A stretch of 64,000 bases of DNA from Polymyxa betae A26-41 (lineage: Eukaryota > Protista > Endomyxa: Phytomyxea). The DNA is taken from positions 62,001 to 126,000 of the forward strand of contig RBZT01000657.1 of assembly GCA_003693705.1 (NCBI GenBank). Direction: 5' to 3'. Numbering within the stretch: the first letter of the stretch is position 1; each line of letters begins with the position of its first letter. This document shows, piece by piece, positions 27,801 through 40,272 of this stretch. The position numbers and the translations under genes were made by a program. Below the pieces are notes generated by a model. It saw only the letters and a program-made list of their open reading frames with translations. It was not told the origin of the DNA and ran no database searches.

Positions 27801-29752
27801 TATGCGATGGTAGGAACCATGAACCACCATCCACAGTTCTGTATCCTTAGATTGGTTGTTCAGAATTTCGCCATAATGATACTTGCCATTTCTACATATA
27901 CCGTTACGTCCTCAATGCTCTCGTCGTTTTCGTCAAGTGTTGATTTTATGATATCGACCGGCAATCATCAACGTTTCGATTCCATGAAAATATCCGATCG
28001 TATTCATCGTCTGATTCTTTTAAGGCAGCAAGTAATGAATAATACGGTTGATAACGCTCCAGAAGTTATATTAGCCGACTTGTTCTCGACTACCGATAGG
28101 TTATCGTCGTCCATTGATCAAGTTTACATCGCTCGCAGCAGCCTTGATAATCAGCATTTGGATCTATTAGACCACAAAGTGGTCAACGCCTTGGAGCTCG
28201 ATTCTTCTGAAAAGGTTTCATCAAATGTATATACTGTAATGTACCATGCCATCCTGGATGAAATAGAAATAACCATGCATAGTTATTGGATTTCGGACTA
28301 CTTTTGATGGCATCAGGAAGATATACAGCACATCTGGCTTTAGAAGCTATTACTATATCTGATTATCAGGTTGCATTCGCGTTGATGAATGGTGCCTATG
28401 CAGGCGTTCAATGGTACGATAAAACATCTGGTATGTCATTGCAGGGGCGCTGCCTGTCTTTGAAAAATGCTCTCCAGGGCTCTTACAAACACAATCTGAA
28501 GCTTTGTATTCCTCCACACGGCTGTTGGTCTCAGTTCTCAGTCTTTTAGCTGTAGCTATCGTATTTGTGTCTATCTATGTTGTGATTCGGCCTGCCATCC
28601 GTCGGCTCCGTTTAGTGAACGATACAATAAGTGGCCTGTTCCAATTAATACCAAGTACAGTTTCAGGAATTCTAAGGCAGCATTACGGTCGCCGCGCTGC
28701 TCTTCATCATGCAATTCATACAGATGGACTCCATAACAACAATGACTTAAAAAGCTACTTTGAAAAATCAGGATATTTTGAAGATCGCCAATCTATATTT
28801 AGTGGTGACATTGGTCATGAAAGGCCAATGAGAAGAGCAACAAAGAGCTATGATATTCGAACAATTGCAAAGGTTTCTGCTGGTGTGATGCTCTGCATAA
28901 CATATTTCGTGGCAACCTATTTAACTGGACTCTACAATGTGCAAGATACGATGCTGTACAAACCTGCCGAATGTAATTGGAGCTCATACCGTCGTATGGC
29001 GACTCTGAAAGTGGTCATGTTTCTGAGAACGTTAGCTGCCCAAGGTGGTAGTCATCAAGTATTGGTGGTAACCCTATCTGACGTTTCCACTGCCATTAAT
29101 GATCTTGAACGCGTTCATGACGGATTAGTTCAAGGAAATAGTGCCATGGGCACAGCCCCTGTGAATTCGCTCTACAATCTACAGGACGATATTCTAAACA
29201 GTAATGGATGCACGCCACCAACATGGAATGACTGCTTGCAATTTCAAAATAAAATACTGCAAGGGGGGTAAGGCTGTTCATAAAAAGATGTCAATCGAAC
29301 CTCTGAGTGCTCCATTTAGGCTGAATGCTGGTCTCAGAGAATTTATTGCTAGAGCAAGAGCTGCTGTATCAGCTATTAGTTCCACATGTGGACCATGCTT
29401 ACGAGCAAATCAAATGCAACAGGCTCTAGCTACACCAGATCTGATATTGGCTCAGACTTTGTACGATAAGTATCTTGCACCAACTCTTGGCGTATCGGTA
29501 GATAGATACCAGCAGGCAATGCACTATAAGATGCTAACAGAATACCAACAAATCAGTGTGATATTACTGGCCGTCTTTATGCTTCTGATCATAGCACTGC
29601 TGATCATTGTATACCGACCTATGATTCGCAATTATGATTTGAATCTGAAGAACAAACAGACTATGCTATTGATGGTCCCGGAACACATTATCAAAACTAA
29701 TTCCCGTCTGCGTTCTCATCTAGAAGCTAATTCGCAGTCACTTTTAATATAA
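24811..29752 (+). CDS. TmcB/TmcC-like multi-pass membrane protein with a PAS domain, multi-exon
   Basis: N-terminal TM bundle (QSHSRFD, LGPYH), helical region (PNSAMLQIFRA, LYAGFTRDV), PAS-like GQIIDCNSAAVSRFGY...NVSALIPPP..FHSSLM, further TM pairs, and terminal TMLLMVPEHII. Confidence 0.7.
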
Positions 29753-29784
29753 TGACTTAATCAACTTCAACCAGGCGGTCTTCG

Positions 29785-31336
29785 TCAAGGATAATGTCGC
29801 TGCGGCGACCATAACCCTAACCACATTCGTCAACGAAAAATTTATTCGAGCCCAAAAATGTCTAACAGAAGTTTGCAGCATATTTATCGCCAGATATTGG
29901 GACACATCCTGCATGCATTGCCTATGATACGATTAGAAGGCGCTTACTACATATGAATCTGGCATCCAACCTCCTCATCCAGATTGCCATCCTCGAGCAT
30001 ATTGTAAAAAATTACCTGAAACGATCCACTTCATTGGTCGTAAGTTGGAGATAGATTTTGTTTACCGCTCTGCCTCGTTTCGGTTTAATGCGAATGCGAG
30101 CTGATTGGCATTGCTGATCGGTGTCAAATCTAGAAATATTCTTATCGAAAAATGTTGTATAACCGCCCTACGAGATCTCATTCAATGAGGAACCGAGGAG
30201 AATTAATGAGTGTAAATGCCCAACCTGTTCGACATCATTCAGATATATAAAAACTGTCGCATATCGATTTGCTCGGTTATCAATGAGGGCTTTTCGAGGC
30301 CAGAACCCTAACTCGATCAGTACAAAGCATAAAAGAAGCAGCACATTAGACTGACAATCGTAATGACCGGTGACATATCCAACTCCCTGACCGTAATGCA
30401 GAAGCTGAATCGATTCAGAAACGTTCATGATCGAATTGCGATCCAATCGCATCAAAGCAGCGATCCGCTCCGATATTCGTCGAACTGCTAGCGAATGATC
30501 AAGTTTGATCCAAATCTGCGAAAATGAGTTAGCTAAGAAACGTGCCTGCGAAGCTTTCATACCTGAGAGCTGGTTCGTGTAGACACTTTCGCGACTTTTC
30601 CATAGTTGATATCGACCAACGATGACTGGAGCTCATTGGATTTAGCCATTTGTATCAGCAGCTCACACTCCCAATCGCTCAGCAGCCTCTCAACCTAATG
30701 AAATGATCTGTTTGCATTCAACGACAGTAAGGAATCGCTTACCTGAGCAATTCTGGGTGAATTTGATATCCAAGTTACTGCTAAGGAAATATTGTCGATA
30801 TTATCCTGCTCAAACCAGACCCGATCAGTAACCACATCCAAGCTGCCATTATAGCCAAAACCGTCATTCTCGGGGAACACAAAGTATTTCAAAGGCTCGC
30901 TCCCAACATTCTGAAATACAGCTCAACAGATGCTGATAAAAAAGCATCTCAAATCACTGACGTTGAGCCAAAGTTTTCTATTATCTCTGGCATATCGACG
31001 CAATTCGTCAAGATGCTGCAAGGCGGCGATATGAATCTGATGCGAATGTTCTGCATCGACAAGCTCATCGAATAACCAAGCAGATGTTAGTTTCGACCGG
31101 AAGCGCAGCGTTATATCGGCCGTGCTATAAGCATACTCGAGAACCTGATCGGTTTCGATCTCGTCTATGAAGATTTCATATCCCAAAGGGTTCAAATGAA
31201 ATATGGCAACATCATCAATTAGCAAGTTAATTATAGTAAAAGCACGCTCTGCATGGCATTCTGGATTACAAATCAGCAGTTTCGTCAGTACGAAACACAG
31301 CAACAACCTTTGGTTAAAACACCGATCGCAAACCAT
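29785..31336 (-). CDS. Prolyl 4-hydroxylase alpha-type 2OG-Fe(II) dioxygenase, multi-exon
   Basis: LSDWECELLI, SESIQLLHYG...GHYD, NRYATVFIYLNDVEQ, IKPKRGRA, AMHAGCVPISGDKYAANFW. The HxD...H...K residues are intact. Confidence 0.88.
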
Positions 31337-31442
31337 GCTACAGCAATTCGAAAAGATTCCATATCCAAGCTCGAGTACGTTAGATTCATGATCAACAAAA
31401 TCGTACGAGCATTCCATAGCATAAATAAACTGTATTGGACTC

Positions 31443-32676
31443 TTACGAATTCCAGCGATGAACTTCCATGCCAGCAGGGGCTTCCACAGTTTCCTCATAA
31501 TTCTTATCTTTCACTTCGTCCCAGTTTGTTGACAAGACGGTCCCTCCTGATGTTTGGTACGATTTGATCATGGCTTTTTTTGTATCTTCGCTGGCGTTTG
31601 CATAAATTTGCTGAAACAATCTACAACAAATCAGTATAGAGCACATAAGCTGCATTTGCTGCTTCAGACTGACTTGTTTAAAGCCTGATCTCCATCAGGC
31701 TGTTCCTTCTCCTCTTCTTCTTTAACCTGCTTTTCAATTGAATTCCAGTTCTGTTTCTTTTTGCTGGAAGTCGGGTATTGCTCGATAATGTTTTCGACAT
31801 TGACTGGCTGAGCTTCATCTAAACGATCCCATTTCTCTCCAGGATGTTTCTTCTAAACAATTATGTTAAAGTAAGTCAGAATCTTCTGTCTCTAATCAAA
31901 CAAACCTGCAGAGTCAAGGCAAGTTTAAAGGGGTTCAACTCAAATCTGGACTCGGATGGGATAATGTATGAAAACAATCGAACTTGTTTCTGCCAGACAC
32001 TATGATCAGACAGTACAAGCTTGATGTTAACCTGTTATCAATCAATTGATGCAACAACATCATCTCTGATATGGATTACGGTTTTATCATTGACAAATTC
32101 GACTTTGACATCATCTGGCTTCAAGTTCTTTGCATAAATCGTATACGACAAGTACGATCTGTTATCATAGAACGAATCGCGAATTTTACTGGCCAGCGTT
32201 GTTTGTGAAGGCATAATCTCGGTTCTCTCAGCTAACTCAGTAGCAGGATTGGAAGACGTAGCAGCAGCTGCAGGTTCCTGTCCTTCAGTTTCCAGATGGC
32301 ATTTCTCGATCCATTTGTCCAGATCAGAGGCTCCGAGATTTTTAGCTTGAACAAACGCCTGCTCGGCGTCCGAGAATTGCTTCATCTGAAAGAAAGCTAA
32401 ACTGCAGGCGTCGTTCAGCAGCTGTCAGAAGGACAAATTGCAAACGGACCCTTTGCGATAATGAAGCATGGCGTCTTCAGGATTCAGATTTAATCCTTGT
32501 AAGGCATCCTCTAAAGCCTCAGCAGGGCGCCCAAGCTTCAGATGAGTCGCTGCCCGTTTCGAAAAAAGCTGGCCTGTTGCCGCCCCGACTTTCAGCGCTT
32601 CCGTATACAGCCTGAGCGCCTCATCAAACTGATCGTCAACGAAGGCGCTGTTAGCACGAACTACGAGATCGTCCAT
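31443..32676 (-). CDS. SGT1: SGT1 Hsp90 co-chaperone (TPR-CS-SGS)
   Basis: TPR ANSAFVDDQFDEAL, CS domain, YPTSSKKKQNWNSI, and SGS LFQQIYANASEDTKKAMIKSYQTSGGTVLSTNWDEV. Confidence 0.95.
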
Positions 32677-33384
32677 TGAGATGACAAAGTGCGAAATGAG
32701 AAAATCTCCGCTTAGAATGGCAGAATAACAAAAGGAAAACGATGCTGATGGTGAAACGTCACAGAAGAATGTTCTCAAGCGCTCATTGAAACCTGAATAC
32801 CAGAAAACAGCTGAGTCGGCTGATTGAAGGCTTGAATTTGAACCCAATTCCATGCTCTCGTGGCCTTCCATTGTTTTTTAAGACAAATCGGGGATTTTAT
32901 GTCTGTGATCATGATGAGAGAAAACCGGCCTGGAGATTCTGCCCTTCTCAGTGTGTGTATTTATCAGTGGCATATATCGACTACAAATTCTTTGAGCCCG
33001 ATAACATATGGCGGGGCGAATACGTTGGTTGCTGTCCACGTGTTTGGTTGAAACAAAGTGAGAGATTAATACAGGTATCTTCCCACCAATACAGAAATCA
33101 TAGATTCAATAATACACTCCTGTTTAACATCTTTGAGGACAGTGTTTCAAAGTTGGGAGTAGTAACTTGTAAGTTTATAATTATATTATCTTTATTTCAG
33201 AATAATATCAGTTAAGTGATTATAAATGATCAGCCCTACAGTGGTTAGCAACAAATTTACTACAAAGTCGTAAGCACAGTCGGTAATAACAACTAAGACC
33301 ATCAAAATGTATTGAAGATGAGAGAGAGAAAAATGTTTTTTGAGACAGCAGATTTCAAGCGGGGTCATAGATCGGGAGCGATTT

Positions 33385-34579
33385 TCATATCACTGGAGAA
33401 AGAAGCCCATCATCCATCGGAATGTCATAATATTTGTGCAGATTCGTGAGCCGAACCAGCTCAGATGGGTGGAAGGCGAGCTTGGACGACAGCACGACAC
33501 CCAGTTTTAGGAGACATCGCAGATCCTCGTCGTCAGGTTTTCTAAAAAGTGGCGAACATTTACGAACCTCGTACTCGATGAATACCATTAGAAGATCGGT
33601 GAAAAGATGCTCGTAGTATTGAAGCGAGAGTGACGCATCCGTTAACGAAGTTCGCAACTACTGAATCGGTGTACTCGGGTGATCTGAATACGGTCAGATC
33701 TACACTTTGTAACCACGAAAACTTTCGAGAAATGAGTGATCACGCCGTTTAGAGAAAACATTAATTAAACAAAGATCGCTTTTAAATGAAAATACGTAAA
33801 ATTTTCCCTCTTAGTGAAGAATACTTGAAACAAAACGATCCTGATAAAAGAATATAAAAAGCAACCTTTCCGCACGGATGAAACCTCCGCTATTAGTAAA
33901 CGTAGAACTTCAGCATTGTTCGGTAGTCAATGTCACCCGAGTCGTGCAGCGATTTCAACAGCAGCGGCCATAAACGGTAATCGCAACCATACTGACGTTC
34001 GAAGTTCTGGGTCAGTACGTCGTACCAGGCGTCGAGCGGCTCGGTTTTCGACTTGACACTCATTCGGTTCTGGACCTGTCTCTGCAACAGTTCGCGGACC
34101 AGCATGACCAGTTCGTCGGCTGCTTCCGGAGAGACATCGCTGAACCTGTGCTGGGATTTTAGAGTTATAGAATGAAGGTTGTTTTGGAGTGAATACCGCC
34201 CGTTCATTATGAGCAGTACGTCTTCGTCATTGAGAGCGGCCGCCTTCTTGTATATCTCGCTGTAGAACTCGGGCGGCAGGTTCTGGGCTTCTTCGGATTC
34301 AATACGGAATGTGGCCGCCCAGTTGTCGGCGTTTCGATCCGGCGCTGTCAGCTTGATAGATTCGACCTGGTTTGTCACGGCGCTGAACGACGATCGGCTT
34401 GCATCGATCGGCTGCGACATGATCTGTTTCGATGTGAACGCAAACAGTTGTGCATTGCTGAGAGCTGAATGAGATAACAAGGGAGCAACACCCGTAGTAG
34501 CTGGGGCCGTCAGAGTCACAGTATGAGAGCCGTTGACTACGAAGAAAACGGCTGCGAGCAGAATGATGGGATGCATCAT
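33385..34579 (-). CDS. Hypothetical secreted protein (candidate effector). The 3' exon structure is uncertain.
   Basis: ORF 33893..34579 begins with the signal-peptide-like MMHPIILLAAVFFVVNGS. No recognisable domain. ORF 33385..33657 is probably a downstream exon, but I could not reconstruct a clean splice path. Confidence 0.55.
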
Positions 34580-34872
34580 GGACTAATACGATATAATAGA
34601 ACGATGTAAGTGAGAGGGAACCCACTCAGGGTGTTGAGTTTGAACACTGACAACAGAATGAACAATTTATGGGTCTAAAACGAGCTCAAATACCGGTTCG
34701 GGTGTGTATAATTATGAATCTGCCGTAATAGCTGGGATGTTCGTACGTGCTACTGAAGGATAGCACCTGGTCGGCTTTTTAAATGATGCATCACGACCCG
34801 GCTAAATTTAGGACTTCCAGTGGCCTTTTAGACTTGTAATAGACTGTCCAGTGGACATTGAGCTTTTCGCTA

Positions 34873-35395
34873 CCGTAGAGTCCTCCTTCTCTATAACGAC
34901 ACAGGCGGAGTTTTCGTAAAGACATTGTCGTTATAGCAGCCAAGAGCATGTTTATCCGGGCGGACGCAGTTAGTATCGTCATCATGATCGATATTACCTA
35001 CAGACGGTACTAATAACAACGATAACGATAACTAACATGCTCTAACGGGTTATGACCTATGGCCATTTGCATGTATTCACTCGCAGCAGTTATTGCACCG
35101 CATCGTTTTTTAGATGTATTTCTCGAATAGATCCAAAAATTCAAGCTTTACAAATGTCATGAAGTTCTTCTGGCAGTTCTTGGGGGTTATCCCGAAAAGT
35201 GCTTAAATAATCTGATTCTGTACTTCCTAACAATGCCAGAAATTGTCGAGCGGCAGATTTGATAACACAATCTTTCAGAAACCAGCTCTGCGATTCTAGT
35301 TTTTTTCTCTGTAATGTTGTCATTGTATACTCGACAAAGTTGCTGTTTCTCGGCTATCCGAACGACTCTCTCTTTTTAAAAGGAGTTGGGACCAT
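34873..35395 (-). mobile_element. Decayed pogo/Tigger-like transposon remnant (TIR-like end plus CENP-B-type HTH fragment)
   Basis: TA|CCGTAGAG...CTCTATAACGACA at 34871-34901, with an inverted copy TGTCGTTATAG at 34926-34936. Frameshifted minus-strand peptide MVPTPFKKR/VVRIAEKQQLCRVYNDNITEKKTRIAELVSERLCYQICRSTISGIVRK. Confidence 0.55.
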
Positions 35396-36142
35396 GAGAT
35401 AAAAGGGGCCTAGGCGCCAGACGCAATGCCAACCCTCCCAGCTGGCTAGTCTAAGGGTGACGAGGCAGAAAATCAAGTTTGTATTGTTGAGGATCGAGAT
35501 GAGAATCAAAGAGCCCCATTAGAATCTCATCTTCCTCATTACTATCGTCAGTGAAAGATGCACAAAGCCTGAGAGGAATATCTCTTCGATCGATTGGCCA
35601 ATTTGTATAAAGATGGAGTTTATTGCATTCTCCGATTCGAAAGTGCAATCAAAAAGCGGCGTTATCTCGAAGAGCCCAACGCCCTAATCAGTGTCATTAT
35701 GCACAATCGATACCTTCATAATTAGAGCTCGTTACTTCCAGACCTGAAAGCAGACCATCTTTCACATCAAACTTGTGAGTTGTGACCAGTTTCCGCGAAA
35801 AATGCGAGTTTTTTTTGCCAGGATAGAGGGGTCCGTTCATAAAAGCATTTGTTTATCACTTATAAAACGGTACTTTCCGACATTTTGCAACAGTACGCAA
35901 GGTTACTTCTTTGAGTTTTTTCCGAACGGACAGAAAGCTCTTGAGTACAGTAGGTAGGCCCATCTGCCTGTAACATGATGGCTGTATTGGTGGGCCTCCT
36001 AGCCTTGCTCCTCTGTGTTGTGGTGTCTAGCCTTAGGCTGTGGTGTACCCCTCGTGTTTTTATTCCTTAGAAAATTTGCAGATCACTTTGTAAACCCTGT
36101 CATAATGTACATGGTTTAGCTTGATGTCGAGAGCGCCAGTGA

Positions 36143-37955
36143 ATGATTGTCATACACGATAGTGAACAGCCCCTGATCGCCTCTGGCTCTTATCAAGTGA
36201 TGCCTGATTCCCTAACTGAATCACACTGGCATCAGGACCCGACGATCAGGAGGAATTTCAGATGGGCGCTAAACTGGTTCTACTTCACTCTCGGAATCAA
36301 TCTTGCTCTTCCTGTATGCCAGATTCCAGATCTAGTATCTAGTTTATACTGAGGACACCTTACAGGTGTTGCCCACCAAGATGATTTTAATGGACGAACT
36401 GAGATGTTCGCCTGCAACAATGGCTTTTGTCATGAGTTGGCTGAATATACCTTGGAGCATCAAACCGCTTTATGGATTTATTTCGGATTCAATGCCCATT
36501 CGAGGATATCGTCGTGGTCCTTACCTAAGTCTCGGATTGATTATAAACGGATTGGCCTGGGCTATGCTTTGGTATGTTGGAGCATCGCTGGGATTCTATA
36601 ACGTCTTCGCTTGGTTATTCTTATCATCACTTAGTTTGGTATAACGTCATCTTCCAATGGCTTTATTATATCTGACTACCTGCTTAGGTCATTGCAGATG
36701 CTGCAATCGATTCACTGATTGTTGATACTGTCCAGTTAGAGAGCAACAGCGAGTTGGGAGAATTGCAATCGGAGGTCTGGATATCAAGATCACTTGGCAG
36801 TTTGTTGGCTGCTCTATTCGCCGGCATCGCTATGGACCATCTGAAGATGACGTCCGAGGTTGCTTTTTGTACACGTTTCTGTCATATATTTACCTTTGAT
36901 AAAGGGTTTGTTTGGCATCGCAGCCGCCTGCGCTTTTTCGGGATTAATCGCTGTTCAATATGTTTATGAAGACAAAATTGACTTCAGGATTTATCAACGT
37001 CCTCGTGACATTATGAGGGCGCGATTTCGTGATCTACTGCAGTTTTGGTCAAAGGACACGATTTGGAAAACTTGTTTATTTGTGCTGCTGTTTTCAGCAT
37101 CTCCGACCAGCGGCGATGTTATTTTCTATTTCATGAGGTCGGTGTAAAGATTTCGATATCGGTGGTTCATTAGTTTATCTAAAGGAATTCATTGGGATTC
37201 TCGTTGTCGTTTCTCGGTGTGCTGACGATTGCGGGTTATGCATCATACATAGTCGGCTCATGGCTCTACCGTGACCACCTTCGTGACCTTCCTTTCCGTA
37301 CTCTTTTCAAAGGCACGATCTGGGTCGCATTCTTTGTAGGAATGACTACGGTTGTTTTAGTTAGAAGGTAGGTCAGCTGCCCAGCTTGCTGTGTTTCGAC
37401 AAACTAAGTGATCTCAGATGGAATTTGATAGTGTATGTCCCCGATCATGCTTTCGTGTTTGGAGACACCGTTTTCTTGGCCGTCTGCGCGTATGACCATG
37501 GATTATGTCTACCTTCTTGTTTGTGATTCTTGATGATAGTCAAATCGCATTCATGCCTATCATCGTGTTGGCAGCAAAGATGGCGCCAAAAGGAGCTGAA
37601 GGAACCATCTATAACTCTGTCATATCTGTGTCCAACTTGGGCAGTGTGATCAGTGAGTTCTCGGGCGGTATCTTGACCAAAATGCTGGGTGTCAGAGAGG
37701 ATAATTTTGAGGTATACTGTCAGAGCTATAAATGGCGCCTGTATTCAGTTGACACAGAATCTCTGGAAACTGGTCTTGATTTGCAATTTGACGACTCTGT
37801 TGCCGCTTCCATTTCTGCGAATGCTACCTGAAATCAGAGACTTACTAAAGCCTGAGCGGGTCGTTTCTACCGCACCCGCTTCTGAAGACGATATGGATGC
37901 AGACAACGGCAATGAGTTAGAAAAAAAGCCGACCGAGTTAACCCACCTACTGTAA
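36143..37955 (+). CDS. Folate-biopterin transporter (BT1 family, MFS), multi-exon
   Basis: IPWSIKPLYGFISDSMPIRGYRRGPYL, ADAAIDSLIV, GELQSEVW, FMPIIVLAAKMAPKGAEGTIY and NLWKLVLICNL. Confidence 0.93.
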
Positions 37956-37975
37956 TACTGTACAAGGAAATAAAT

Positions 37976-39839
37976 TTATCTATCTTGAGCCGACTCATGG
38001 TCTTCTTCGTGCTCGCTGTTGTCAAAAATAGGAACGGGCTGGGTTTCTGCATAAGCCCTTCCAAAGAACATAGGATCCTTTTCAGCCGCCTCAGCCATTT
38101 TGAGAATAGCTTCGCGAGGATCCTCCTCTCTTGCTTCATCCTTAACCACATTCGCCAAAAGATATTTCGAGTGCGTTGAGGGAAACGCTCCTTGTTTCTT
38201 ACTCGGTAACTCCGGAATTCTGCCTTTCCTCGAATCCAGCGAATCTTTTTCTCGTTGCCTCTTTTTGCTTGGTCCGCTTTCACCGATAACATGTGGAACG
38301 ACGATACGATGGAAGTCCATGGGGTCTTTCTTTTTAGGCTTTTTGCCTGCGCAAAGTAAAGCACCTTTAGTGCTCATAGTAGGATTATAAAGAACATGGA
38401 CATTGAAATCTGAACATCCAACCGCAATTTGATTGATCGATTCGTTCCAAACCGCTCTGATTGCAGCTCCATCAGAAATGAAAACCGTCTGAACAATCTC
38501 CAGATTGACCCTGTCAATAAAGACTAAACTTCCTTTTCCTTCCCCACGTTTTGCAGAGACACAGCCTATAATCAATTTCTCATCAGGCGACAGAATCACG
38601 TCAGTTTCGGGAAAGATATTTAGCAGATTGTCAAACGACTTCAGAACAGATTTGGGGTTTCGAAGATCCCAAACTTTGATGGTATTGTCACCACCACGAC
38701 TTATTAGCTGATTACAATCACCAGAGAAAACCAAACGAGACGTAGTAGTTCCTGCTTCATGAGCATTCGGAATGTAGATATCGGGCCTGATGAACCTCGC
38801 ATTGTTGCGCCAGATCTGCAGCGATCCATCGTTACAAGATGCAGAAAGGAACTTTCCATCTTTTGAAACCGCGCACGATGTAACAGGTAAACGGCCGCGA
38901 ATCGCTTTCACTTTGATGACATCGCGACATTTGGCGGTTTTATTCACATCCCAAACCCGAACAGTGCCGTCACCTGATCCTGTTATAAACATATTCGGAT
39001 CGGTCGGCAACCACTGTCCACCTAATGAAGATGTCAAGTACGACTGGAATTGATTGAAATGGTATCATACCGACACAGCCACAAACATGACCTGCAGTGT
39101 TCTTCATATCACGAAGATACATATCACCGCGGGCAAATTCAGCAACGCGTTTCCCATCACGATCGTATATTAGCGGTCGTGACGAAGCCGTTATGACCAA
39201 GACTCGATTTGGCGATGGTGAGCTATATTCCAGATTGACAACTTGGTGGCCTTCATCGGCTTCGACTTCGCGAAACGCACGTGCACGCCGATCCATTCCG
39301 TTGAAATCCCAGAGGCGCAGCATGTAATCGTAACCGCCCGAAATCAGACGGGAGCCGGCTCGGTCCAAGGTCATACTCGATACAGCTTTAGTATGTCCCC
39401 TCATGGTGATCTGATGCGAAATGGGGATTTTGTACTCGTCAATAATGGTATTATCGATGGTTAAATCAGCCGCAATGCTGTGGTTCTGATTGACAGATGG
39501 CGGTAAGGCTGGACCGAAATCGTCATCATCTTCGTCCTTGGCAAGGTTTCGTTTAGAAGGCGGCAATGCTGGATCAAAATCATCATCATCATCAGCTGGA
39601 GTAGTTGCTAGTGAGCTATGTGATGGGACGGCAGGGATCTGGAAATCTGCAAACTTCGCTGGACCCATCGAGACTGAATGCTTGTCTACAGGAGTATGGG
39701 GCTGAGAAGATGCAAGACCGAAATTAGCCCGCGACGAGTTTTCATTTGATGGTGGAGACGGCCGGGGCATTGGCCGATCCTCAGCGTATCCTCTGGAGCG
39801 ACGAAGCCGTCGCATCTCTTCAAGATCATCGTCATCCAT
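37976..39839 (-). CDS. WDR70: WD40-repeat protein WDR70
   Basis: IPISHQITMRGHTKAVS, GSRLISGGYDY..WDFNGMD, GDMYLRDMKNTAGHV, SRGGDNTIKVWD, and EDPREAILK.A..AEKDP. Confidence 0.93.
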
Positions 39840-40272
39840 ATCAACAAACTTTCTGTATGACGCACAAAAATAACCTTAAGTTTTCTACGGTGATATTCTG
39901 ACAATCATGGCAATTATGAACTTTAAAAAGTTGCATGACAAATACAAGGCACTTTCAGGAAACTATATGAGCTCAGTTCGGCTGTTTTTGACTAACTTTG
40001 TCACTTTAAATTTGGATAAGGCTCTTCGACGCCCCCGCTAATCTTCTTACGACAGCTGGATGCTTTAAAAGTCTTATTTACCATCTGGTAAAGATAACCT
40101 TACACTAGCCTGAAAGAAGATCAATTTCCGGTCTCCTGATCGCTCTATACCTAATGGATAATTGCATACTGCGCTTGCCGAGACCGAGTGTGTAACATTT
40201 CGGTGCGACATTTAACTACGCCTGAAAAAGTAGTACAGAGTGGGCCGGGGACGGGGTCGCCATTTCTTACTC

